Shown piece by piece: positions 1 to 8,713 of a DNA stretch of 21,773 bases; position 1 is the first letter of the stretch; each line of letters opens with the position of its first letter. A program made the translations under genes and the position numbers. The notes under the pieces were generated by a model, which did no database searches, was not told the origin of the DNA, and saw nothing but the letters and a program-made list of their open reading frames with translations. The stretch lies in contig CAZYCQ010000054.1 in NCBI GenBank assembly GCA_964645535.1, positions 1 to 21,773 of the forward strand. Direction: 5' to 3'. This DNA is from an uncultured archaeon (lineage in GTDB: Archaea > Asgardarchaeota > Heimdallarchaeia > Heimdallarchaeales > Kariarchaeaceae).

Positions 1-598
1 ATTGATACATTTGTGTTTAAAATTTGATAAATGTGGATAAATCGACATATCTTGATTTTTATTAATGTATCTGTTTTACTATATGTTAACGTATATTTAA
101 ATTAAAAAATAATTACAATTTTATAATATGGTTCTAACTTATATTCCCATTTTATCTTCTCTTTTTTTTACATTCTCGCTCTTTCCAAACAGACAGTGTT
201 ATGTTTAATGCTCATGTCATTTCAGGAGAAATTGCATTTTCTGCTATTCTTCCAGGACTTATCGGACTTTTAGTTGTTTACATGAATTTGATTTCGATTG
301 ACTTCCCATCAGCACGTTAGCTTAAAAATCATTCATCAACTTCCTTGGTGACCTAAATCTGCACTATATAAACAGATTTCCTTCTCTTCACAAGAGATGC
401 TCTTTCACATGGTTTCCAAATGAAGTCTCAAAAATCCCTAATCTTCAAGAGGCTGGAGAAAAAATCTTCAAAAGTACTTCAGAACTGTCATTGCCAACAA
501 GTATGCAAACATTGGGATTTTGTCTTTCCTATATCCATCGTTTGCTAGCTGACAGATCTTTTTCGAGGTCTGTCATTAAACTTCATCGAATTTAAGGG

Positions 599-1903
599 CT
601 ATTTACCCACAGAAGGATACAAGTCAATGGATATGGCACCAAACAAGGTAGGATCTTTCTTCTTCAGCATTTCTATGGTGGGTTTTGTGCTGACGACATA
701 GATGAATATGAGCATTGAAACGACGTATATTATGGCTGTAAACACGAAGGAGACATTGTATCCATACCTTTCAATGATGTTTCCACTAATTGGAGAAAAA
801 ATGGTCCATCCGACCCATCGGGCAGTACTTGTCCAAGCACTTCCCGTTGCCCGAACACGATTCTCAATATATGAGATGATTTTTGATTGTCCAATTGGGG
901 CACTCATGTTTGCAAAGGTGCCTCTTAGAATGAAGAAAATCGAAGCTGGCAACAGCTCATCAGAAAATACGATACCCAACAAGGAAACAACGGAAAGGAT
1001 CGTTGTGATGGCATAAACCCGGATATCTCCAAAACGCTTTGCCAACGGGGCAGTCAACTGGGTTGCCACCCCCATCAATAAATTGAGTGCCATGACAAGT
1101 AGCGATATTAATCCCGGACTCGCATTTAGGCTTTCTAAATATGGTGGAAGGAATGGAAGTGTTGATCCTGCACCCGCACCAGAAAGGAACTGTACCATCG
1201 TCAGAAGAAGAAAGGGGACAACTACGGCCGGTGCGAAAAGAATTCGAAACTGAGTAAGGATAGGCTGTCTACTCTCTGTTTCTGGATCAAGTGTTACTCC
1301 TTTTGAAAGCGTCAAGATCAGAAGACCCAAATAAATAATCCCTCCCAATATCAGAATCCCCGCAACCAAGGGAAAAATGGATCGATAGATTTCTGCGGAC
1401 CCCTTTTCCACTTCTCTGAACCAAAGAGACGAGATGCCTGCACCTATTGCGGGAGGGATCATCCATGTTGTAGAAAAGAGGGCGAAGGCGGCAACGCGAT
1501 GGTTTCCTGTATTTTCTGCCAAAATTGCAGCACCGGGACCACTGATTATAGCCTGTGCAACGCCTGCGATCAGGTAGAAATAGAATACACCATCTGCCCC
1601 AGGTACAAAAACGATTATTGATGCTGCAACTATGGATGTAAATCCAGTAACAAAAAGCATTCTTGTGAGTCCAATCCTTGAGGCGAAGAGAGCAAATGGA
1701 AGGGATGCCACAGCAACTGTCAGGAACCGGGCGGACACAATCCTTCCTACTTCACTATAGCCCACCCCCAATTCCAATAAATAGAGGCTGATGGTTGGAT
1801 CAAGGGTTCCCATTGCCAAGTTTGTAATCGCGGCACCCAAAATGACAACATAACTTAACGGAGTGAGTTCAAAGATTTCCGCCACATCACCCCAATTTGC
1901 CAA
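599..1903 (-). CDS. Major facilitator superfamily (MFS) transporter
   Basis: 434-aa ORF with about 12 hydrophobic segments in two halves. MFS motif-A-like loops occur in both halves (FALFASRIGLTR; APLAKRFGDIR), with typical C-terminal RVRATG...GNIIERYGYNVSF. TTG start. Substrate cannot be assigned. Confidence 0.9.
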   Translation of the reverse strand: MANWGDVAEIFELTPLSYVVILGAAITNLAMGTLDPTISLYLLELGVGYSEVGRIVSARFLTVAVASLPFALFASRIGLTRMLFVTGFTSIVAASIIVFVPGADGVFYFYLIAGVAQAIISGPGAAILAENTGNHRVAAFALFSTTWMIPPAIGAGISSLWFREVEKGSAEIYRSIFPLVAGILILGGIIYLGLLILTLSKGVTLDPETESRQPILTQFRILFAPAVVVPFLLLTMVQFLSGAGAGSTLPFLPPYLESLNASPGLISLLVMALNLLMGVATQLTAPLAKRFGDIRVYAITTILSVVSLLGIVFSDELLPASIFFILRGTFANMSAPIGQSKIISYIENRVRATGSAWTSTARWVGWTIFSPISGNIIERYGYNVSFVFTAIIYVVSMLIFIYVVSTKPTIEMLKKKDPTLFGAISIDLYPSVGK

Positions 1904-2068
1904 CTGAAAATAAATAGTGGTTTATCAGCTAAATTTTTCTGCTGACTTCAGGAACCAAAAGAGACAGATTTCTATTTTCATCAACTTTACATTCGATCAT
2001 GAAAGAAACCCACTCGGAAGAGAAATAAAACTTACGAATCACTTAATATTACCAAACACCACGCTTGA

Positions 2069-3133
2069 TTGAAAATGTTGAGTTTTACACGTTATACCCT
2101 TTTCGAGGAAATCCCTGAAAAGCTCCTTCCTGGAATAATAAAAATTAGAATTGAGGGAGAGGAAGACTACAATTATCCTCTTGATGTGACAACCACAGAC
2201 GAGGAAACTGAGCTAAATGCAATGAAAGTACCTCCCCATCCAGACAGCCGAATAATTACAATTGTTGGTCATCATGACGATCATGTGGTTGCCTTAGGAA
2301 CACTTCGGTTGAACATAGGATCTCACAATAGAAACAACGCATCCATCATGGTGAGAGTTCTTTCCTCTGAGAGAAGGAAGGGTTATGGGTGGGCGATTTT
2401 GGAAAAGTTGGTTCAGGAAATTCCAGAGGAGGTTGACATTCTTTTCTTCCAAATTCTTCCACAATACAGGGAGTTCTATGAATATATTGAGAAATACCCC
2501 GTAAAATTAGGAATGATAGAGCGAAAATCCGCTAGCGATTTGAGAAAGTTCAACCTCCCGGAGGTAAGATCGAAGGCAGCTGAATTAAGGAGAAACGCAG
2601 AGGAACAGGGATATGAGTTCATTAAAATACGAGATTTTGAATTTCCGGAAGAGTTCAACCTGAATGCATATATGAAGGTTCTAGAACAAATATGGAATGA
2701 TATGCCATCCGAAGATTTGAGCTTTGAAGATGAGAGGATTAATGAAAGACACTTTGAGGTAATGAAAGAAAGGATCAAGGCAAGTGGAACGCACAATTGG
2801 CTAATTGTTTGCATTGAAAAAGAAACCGGGTATCCAGTTGGCATGACGGATATCTTTTTTGATTACAGGTTTCCTGAGCTGTTGTATCAGGGAGACACAG
2901 GTGTGATTCGCGAACACCGAGGAAAGCGGCTTGGCCTGACATTGAAATATCTCATGCTTGAAGAAATTCTTTCAGACAAAAAATTGAAGGATGCCAAGTA
3001 CATTCAAACCCACAACGCTCATTCCAATGAACCGATGATTCGAATCAACAACGAACTTGGTTATGAGGAAGTTGCTTTGCTGCGGGAATATGAAATTCGT
3101 AAGGACGATCTCTTTAAAATTTTAAGGAATTGA
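2069..3133 (+). CDS. Tandem GNAT-family N-acetyltransferase
   Basis: Two acetyl-CoA-binding motif A segments (VRVLSSERRKGYGWAIL; TGVIREHRGKRLGLTLK) and a C-terminal TxNAxxNxPMxxINxxLGY motif. The start may be ATG 2075, about 25 nt after TTAATATT. Confidence 0.88.
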   Translation: MKMLSFTRYTLFEEIPEKLLPGIIKIRIEGEEDYNYPLDVTTTDEETELNAMKVPPHPDSRIITIVGHHDDHVVALGTLRLNIGSHNRNNASIMVRVLSSERRKGYGWAILEKLVQEIPEEVDILFFQILPQYREFYEYIEKYPVKLGMIERKSASDLRKFNLPEVRSKAAELRRNAEEQGYEFIKIRDFEFPEEFNLNAYMKVLEQIWNDMPSEDLSFEDERINERHFEVMKERIKASGTHNWLIVCIEKETGYPVGMTDIFFDYRFPELLYQGDTGVIREHRGKRLGLTLKYLMLEEILSDKKLKDAKYIQTHNAHSNEPMIRINNELGYEEVALLREYEIRKDDLFKILRN

Positions 3134-3566
3134 CTTTTCAGATCCTTATAAATAAACCACAAGAATGTTTGATTCAATAAATTTGGCTATTGAAAAATCA
3201 AAATAGAAGCCCTGTAGTCGAGGAAAAAACCTTTGGTCGTTGAAACAATTTTTACTGAGGTTTTTCGCGAAATCCTTATGGTTTTTAAGAAGAAAATTCG
3301 TAAGAGAAAACACCTTTCTCAGAAAAAGAAGTTTTTCTTTTTGCTTACACCAAATTAGAGCCTCAGAAAGCCTTCAAATTGGTTAATGAACAACCCATTT
3401 CATATCGATTCTTTCATTCTTTCAAGTTTGGTTCAGATTGTCCAGACTATTGATTTGTTCAACAAGTGTCTTTGTTTAACCCCATTTCTCCACCAATATC
3501 ATGAATGTGTTATCAAGTCTCTCCCCTCAATATAGAGAAGATTGCAACATTCCATAATTGCTGGCG

Positions 3567-3923
3567 TCAGACTGGTGGTAAATCATGAAGGAAGATCTGA
3601 AATTCCAAGTCTCTTCCCTCAATGTCTTCTGCGAAGAAATTGTAAATCCGGTATTTTTTATTTTCTTTTGGCTCTGTCTTTACAAGTCCCAAATCATGAA
3701 GTTTTGAATACAATTCGTCCACTTCCTCTTTTTCATTAAGAAAAACGGTAATCAATCCACATTTTGACGTTTCGGTGGCTTGGTGAAACCCGAGCAATAA
3801 ATTCTCATGTTTAATGATATTGATTTCCGGTTGTGTAAGCCAATGCTCGAACCCTAACACCTTAATATAGAATTTAGTGACTTCAGGCAAATTGGTTGTT
3901 TTCAGAAACAAAATTCCGCCCAT
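3567..3923 (-). CDS. VOC (glyoxalase/bleomycin-resistance) family protein
   Basis: 118 aa with FYxxVLGF near the N-terminus, EEVDELYSKL, and YNFFAEDIEGRDLEF near the C-terminus, which is the VOC beta-alpha-beta-beta-beta pattern. Confidence 0.88.
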   Translation of the reverse strand: MGGILFLKTTNLPEVTKFYIKVLGFEHWLTQPEINIIKHENLLLGFHQATETSKCGLITVFLNEKEEVDELYSKLHDLGLVKTEPKENKKYRIYNFFAEDIEGRDLEFQIFLHDLPPV

Positions 3924-3944
3924 AGGGGAACTTTTCGTTACTAG

Positions 3945-3957
3945 ATATTATACTTTC
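3945..3957 (-). promoter_or_regulatory. Putative archaeal BRE/TATA promoter of the VOC gene (leaderless)
   Basis: The minus strand reads GAAAGTATAATAT, ending about 21 nt before ATG 3923. Confidence 0.5.
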
Positions 3958-4004
3958 TTATTATTGTATTGATCTCAACCAAAGGGTGACCCTTGTTTCA
4001 TGGT

Positions 4005-4433
4005 CTAATCCATTAATTGAGAAAGGTTTGGAGGTTTCCCTAAGATGGTTTCTTGAATGATTGCTTCCACGTCAATTTCTTCTCCCTTGATTTTTTCCAG
4101 ATTGGCCAAGATCATGATGTAGGAGACCAAACTTCCGATCCGTTTATCAATTGGGATCATTGAGTTGAAAGCTCTCTTTCTCATCATGACCATATGTCTG
4201 TTTTCCAACAACTCCACCCAAGTTCTTTTTCCTTCTTTCATTACCCTAATCCTGGGTTGGTTCTGTATATATTCAATTAGACTCAACCATTGTTCAATCT
4301 CTTTCGGGGATATCCCAACCTTTTGAAAATCTGACTTTGGAATCCTCTGTTCTGGAATTATTGAAGAGACATTGTTCTCGATAAAGCAAAAAATGGCTTT
4401 GCATCTTTCAAGTAAAGTTCTCCGGTTTACCAC
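4005..4433 (-). CDS. Hypothetical protein, possibly a winged-helix-like DNA-binding protein
   Basis: 142-aa ORF with GTG start. The helix-turn-helix-then-hairpin pattern (IPKSDFQKVGISPKEIEQWLSLIEYIQNQPRIRVMKEGKRTWVEL) is suggestive only. Divergent from the eutA-like gene across a palindrome. Confidence 0.6.
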   Translation of the reverse strand: MVNRRTLLERCKAIFCFIENNVSSIIPEQRIPKSDFQKVGISPKEIEQWLSLIEYIQNQPRIRVMKEGKRTWVELLENRHMVMMRKRAFNSMIPIDKRIGSLVSYIMILANLEKIKGEEIDVEAIIQETILGKPPNLSQLMD

Positions 4434-4439
4434 ATCAAA

Positions 4440-4461
4440 AAAAATATGTTAACATATTTTT
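4440..4461. promoter_or_regulatory. Perfect 22-bp palindrome, putative operator in a divergent promoter region
   Basis: AAAAATATGTTAACATATTTTT is its own reverse complement and lies in the ~70-bp gap between two divergent starts, overlapping a TTTAAA box. Confidence 0.65.
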
Positions 4462-4503
4462 AAATGATCCGAATCTATTTGTCCCATTTAATCCATAGCT
4501 TTT

Positions 4504-6462
4504 GTGATGACCTCCCCAAGTTCTTTCAGAGATGGTATCATTGCGTCGGTAGAACGATACCTATCGCTCCACTACCCCGACTCTAAAGATCGGATGATCG
4601 ATGATTTCAAAGAAAAATTACCTGTTCCCTTGTCAGAAATGGAATCATTAAAACAGATTGAAGAATTGATTATGGGATTTAGGCCTGCCCTCTCAGGAAT
4701 ACTTCCTCAAAAGGAAGCTGACACCTTGACAACAGACATCCTTCCCATGTTCAACGCAGTGTTGGGAGGCGAACTACGTAGAAGAGAGGAAAAACCAAAA
4801 ACACCCTCAATTAAGATTAAATTTTTCTGCCAAGTCTGCAATGAAGAGATTCACATGCCCGAAGACCAAAGGACACTTGTTGCCCAGGGTCACCTTCCCA
4901 TTCCATTGCATCACAAGAAACCTGTTGCAATCAGGACTGTCAGGGGTACTGTGGAAAGAACCCCTCAAAAGAATTACAATAAAATTGCATCCAAACGAGT
5001 TCTTGAGCTATTACAATTTCAACCCCCACTTTCTGAGGAAGGGGATGTAGTAACTTACCTCAGTGTAGGGATCGATGTGGGTTCGTCAACGACCCATCTC
5101 ATCTTTTCAAGGCTGACCTTACGACAAGACATCGGTTTCTTCAACATGACCAATCGCTTCAATTTTGTGAATCGAAAAGTAATCTATCGGAGTGAAATCG
5201 TCAACACCCCATTGCTGGACACAAATATGATCGACATTAATGGAGTGGTCGAATTCTGCAAGAAGGAATACCTCAAGGCAGGAATTGTTCCAGAAATGAT
5301 TGAAACGGGTGCTGTCATTGTAACTGGAGAATCAGCAAAAAAAAGGAATGCTGCTGAAATCGTGGAACGACTAGCAAATGAAACTGGAAAATTCGTAAGT
5401 GCAACGGCTGGACCAAATTTCGAATCAGTCCTTGCTGCCTTGGGGAGCGGAATAGTTGACAGATCCTTTGAACGTAAGAATAATATTCTCCATGTTGATA
5501 TCGGAGGTGGAACATCCAATATTGCCTTGGTTTCCAACGGACAGGTCATAGGTACTGCATGTATCAACATAGGGGGTCGACTTCTTGGCATACGTGATGA
5601 TTTTACGATTTGGAGGATTGATGAACCGGCTGCTTTTGTCATGAGGGAACTCGGAATGGAATATGAAATTGGGGACAAAATCCCTGAGAAAGATGTTTTA
5701 ACAATCTCAGACACACTCGCAGATGCTTTGATTGAAGTAATGCGACAGCCTCCTCGAAGTCCAATCGCAAAGAGACTTATGATGACTGAACCATTGGCCT
5801 TAGATCTCCCAATACATGAGGTGTCCTTCTCTGGAGGTGTAGGAAAGCTCATCTATTCGACAGGAGGTTTCTATGAAGACATTGGCCGATATTTGGCGGA
5901 GGCAATCAAGAAGAGGGTAAAAAAGTTAAGAGGTGAATTAGTTGAACCTCCGAATACAATTCGGGCAACTGTCATAGGTGCGGGTGCCTTTTCGTTGTCA
6001 GTTTCTGGATCGACTACATATTTCGACAATTCCTTGGTGTTTCCAGTCAAGAATCTCCCAGTAGTACATGTCAGCATCGATCGCAATAATTTTACTGAAG
6101 GGGATGTAATACAGGCAATTCAGACTGCCCTTAACAAATATGACCTCATAGAAGGTGAGGACGACATTGCCCTCTACTTCAAAGATCCTGTCTACCCACA
6201 ATATGAGATGTTACAGGTTTTTGCCAAAGGAATCGCTAAGGCTCTCCAAAAAAGTAATCAGACCCGAAAACTGGTGGTTATTATTTCAAACATGGATATG
6301 GGTTCCCTATTGGGATTGACAATCAGAAAAGAAACAGAACTTACAACACCTTTGATTTGCTTGGACGAATTAATCCTCAAGGAAGGTGATTGGATCGATA
6401 TCGGTGTTCCGAATGGTCAAACCTTTCCGGTAACCATCAAGAACCTTGTTTTCAATAAGTGA
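4504..6462 (+). CDS. eutA: EutA-family (ethanolamine ammonia-lyase reactivase-like, ASKHA fold) ATPase with a ~180-aa N-terminal extension containing a CxxC...HH metal-site candidate
   Basis: SVGIDVGSSTTHLIFSRL, IETGAVIVTGESAKKRNA, FVSATAGPNFESVLAALGSG, VDIGGGTSNIA, INIGGRLL, FSGGVG, TIRATVIGAG and GDWIDIG...PVTIKNLVF all match EutA. Probable start is ATG 4507. Confidence 0.88.
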   Translation: MMTSPSSFRDGIIASVERYLSLHYPDSKDRMIDDFKEKLPVPLSEMESLKQIEELIMGFRPALSGILPQKEADTLTTDILPMFNAVLGGELRRREEKPKTPSIKIKFFCQVCNEEIHMPEDQRTLVAQGHLPIPLHHKKPVAIRTVRGTVERTPQKNYNKIASKRVLELLQFQPPLSEEGDVVTYLSVGIDVGSSTTHLIFSRLTLRQDIGFFNMTNRFNFVNRKVIYRSEIVNTPLLDTNMIDINGVVEFCKKEYLKAGIVPEMIETGAVIVTGESAKKRNAAEIVERLANETGKFVSATAGPNFESVLAALGSGIVDRSFERKNNILHVDIGGGTSNIALVSNGQVIGTACINIGGRLLGIRDDFTIWRIDEPAAFVMRELGMEYEIGDKIPEKDVLTISDTLADALIEVMRQPPRSPIAKRLMMTEPLALDLPIHEVSFSGGVGKLIYSTGGFYEDIGRYLAEAIKKRVKKLRGELVEPPNTIRATVIGAGAFSLSVSGSTTYFDNSLVFPVKNLPVVHVSIDRNNFTEGDVIQAIQTALNKYDLIEGEDDIALYFKDPVYPQYEMLQVFAKGIAKALQKSNQTRKLVVIISNMDMGSLLGLTIRKETELTTPLICLDELILKEGDWIDIGVPNGQTFPVTIKNLVFNK

Positions 6463-6621
6463 TGATCATTCCAATTATCGAGTCGACCTGTTCCTTGATT
6501 TTCAAATAATCTACATGGAGAAAGACTGGAGATCGTTCATCCACTCTTTTCATTTGGTTCCCAAGGCTGACCATTTCTGAATTGATTGACGCTCATTAAC
6601 ATGAAACAACGTCAATAAACT

Positions 6622-6867
6622 CTAAAGTATCAATTGCCACAAGTTTGGAAACCACCAGGGATAGATTTGCGGCTTGAGCTCAATTCTTCTCCGTTTGGAA
6701 TGCCCATCAAACAATTTCCTGAGGTCCAATTCAGTGTTTGGAATTCCATGTAGGACAACTTCCAATTCCTTTGGACTGAAGGGACTTCCAGATGGGCTTC
6801 GCATTGAATTCATAATCAAGTTTTCTACTATGGCTTTGTAGTCAAGAAAGCCATTTGAATCTGTCAT
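6622..6867 (-). CDS. Small hypothetical protein, last gene of the operon, possibly a frameshifted remnant
   Basis: ATG lies 8 nt after the speA stop. No recognisable motif. A second frame carries protein-like sequence on to about 6454. Confidence 0.45.
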   Translation of the reverse strand: MTDSNGFLDYKAIVENLIMNSMRSPSGSPFSPKELEVVLHGIPNTELDLRKLFDGHSKRRRIELKPQIYPWWFPNLWQLIL

Positions 6868-6875
6868 CAGTTCAT

Positions 6876-8711
6876 TTACTCTTCCATTTTTTTGTCTTTG
6901 ACGTAGGGATCATCTTCCAAATTCAGCACATAACCTACTTGATGGACAAGGTTTTCAATTGATTCTGCCTTCGTAAGTATCTTGGTTTTGAGTTCTCCTT
7001 TTTCCTCAACCACTAAAACATCAGGAAGGTCTCCCAAAAGATTATGGTCAAATTCGATGATGTCCTGATAGGCTCCGACCAGAGGAATCGCAAGATATGA
7101 TCCTGCCAATCTGTCAACTTTGGGAACTGGAATGCCGTTGAAAAAGATCTCATTTTCCGTACAAAGGGGATATCCATCAAGTGTCCAAAGGTTCGGTGGG
7201 GAGGGAGCCGTTATAAAATTGCTAAGTTCCCCATCAGAATCGCAGGTGATGTCTACTAACCTCACTAAGGTTTCTGGCTGATGCAAAAGGTGATTTATGG
7301 GGATGACGGGAAAATATTGTGAAACCAGTACATGATCACATGCAGAATTGAATACACTGAAATTCCCCAAGACCTTGACGTCAGGCATCAAAATTTCTTC
7401 CGCTTCCTCCAACCAGTCACTAAACCCGTCGCTATGCAGGAAACGAGACCTCAGTTGCCTTTTCAGTTGTAAAATATGTGTTTCTCTCCAGTTCAGATCC
7501 GTTATTGTGGAAAATTTTGGCTCTTTCTTCTTCAAACAAGACCAAATTGACAGAATTGAACTTGGAGTTTTCACTTCCGATGGATGCTCAAGATCCAACA
7601 ATTTCAGCAATTCCTCAAATGGAAGGGGTTTTTTTGGAACATTGGGCTCCTCCGTTTCAAGAATATGAACAATTACGATTGATGAAAGGGCAGATATGGC
7701 ACGCCCTGCTTCGACCATGATGTTCGGATGGTTCTTTTCCTCAATGCCATCAAGTACAGTCCCCAATATTGTATGAAAGTATAAATCAAAAAAATTAACT
7801 GGTAGTCTTCCCTTGTAGTCAATGGGGAGTCCTCCCCCAAAATTGATGATATTTAAATTGAGGAACCCCTGCCGTCTCAGATCAAAATAAACATCCCTCA
7901 TGAATTGCGCATAATCTTTCAATCCATCAAGATCTGTAACTTGAGAACCGGGATGGGCATGGATTCCAATAAGGGTCGATTCCAGTCCTTCCTCCTTCAA
8001 GATCTTAATGCATTCCATAAGTTGATGGGAATCCAAGCCGAATTTTGAATCCCTTCCTGCCGATTTATTCCAATGTCCTCTAATGTTGCAATATGGCTTG
8101 ATACGGAAAAACAATCGAAGTTTGTCCCGTGGAATGCATTTAATCGCTTTCCGCAATTCTGAGACTGCCTCTATTGAAATATAGATCGTATAACCTTCCT
8201 CAACCGCTTTTGCCATTTCTGTAAAGTAACCTTGATCTTTGACTCCATTTGACATAATTATTCGTTCATGATGGTTTCTCAAGACTTTCTTGCAAATTGC
8301 GAATTCCGACCGGGTTCCAGCTTCCAATCCATAAAATGGTGCCCCCTGTATTATTGGACTTAACTCCAGTTTCCGTTGGTTCACCTTAATCGGGTATAAT
8401 GGGTGAAATTTCCCCTTAAACCCAAGGGCATCACTGGCTTCTTTAAATGCATCCAGCAGTTTCTTGATTTGGCTCAGAACCAATTGGGGTATTCTTAATG
8501 TAAACGACCCTTGAACATCCAGATGTTCTATCATGTCAACTAGGGATTTTCTGGTTCCATTCAAGACAAGTTCCAATTCTCCCTTCTGATTGACATCTAA
8601 AAAATGGAGGTCTCCTCTTGCCAATCGGTAAATATGGCGGGTCTCCTCCAATGACCACCTGTGTCCACCGCTGTCTTCAACCCCGTCCTCTTTGTTTCTC
8701 AATTCATTCAC
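6876..8711 (-). CDS. speA: PLP-dependent (fold III) biosynthetic arginine decarboxylase
   Basis: YPIKVNQ (PLP lysine), GLEAGTRSE, NGVKD, WNKSAGRDSKFGL, HAHPGSQ, GGGLPIDY, EAGRAI, NFSVFNS, DITCDSDG, GAYQDI and HNLLGD occur in SpeA order; 611 aa. The start may be GTG 8711 or TTG 8702. Confidence 0.88.
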   Translation of the reverse strand: MNELRNKEDGVEDSGGHRWSLEETRHIYRLARGDLHFLDVNQKGELELVLNGTRKSLVDMIEHLDVQGSFTLRIPQLVLSQIKKLLDAFKEASDALGFKGKFHPLYPIKVNQRKLELSPIIQGAPFYGLEAGTRSEFAICKKVLRNHHERIIMSNGVKDQGYFTEMAKAVEEGYTIYISIEAVSELRKAIKCIPRDKLRLFFRIKPYCNIRGHWNKSAGRDSKFGLDSHQLMECIKILKEEGLESTLIGIHAHPGSQVTDLDGLKDYAQFMRDVYFDLRRQGFLNLNIINFGGGLPIDYKGRLPVNFFDLYFHTILGTVLDGIEEKNHPNIMVEAGRAISALSSIVIVHILETEEPNVPKKPLPFEELLKLLDLEHPSEVKTPSSILSIWSCLKKKEPKFSTITDLNWRETHILQLKRQLRSRFLHSDGFSDWLEEAEEILMPDVKVLGNFSVFNSACDHVLVSQYFPVIPINHLLHQPETLVRLVDITCDSDGELSNFITAPSPPNLWTLDGYPLCTENEIFFNGIPVPKVDRLAGSYLAIPLVGAYQDIIEFDHNLLGDLPDVLVVEEKGELKTKILTKAESIENLVHQVGYVLNLEDDPYVKDKKMEE

Positions 8712-8713
8712 CT

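Noticed and set aside
1-330. Very AT-rich start with short hydrophobic reading frames (128-208 and 201-320 on +)
   Set aside because: All plus-strand frames are interrupted by stops and there is no recognisable family. It may be a decayed membrane-protein gene, but this cannot be supported.
3134-3566. Intergenic A/T tracts and short inverted repeats (AAAAACCT/AGGTTTTT) as a MITE, terminator or ncRNA
   Set aside because: The repeats are short and low-complexity, with no target-site duplication or convincing stem.
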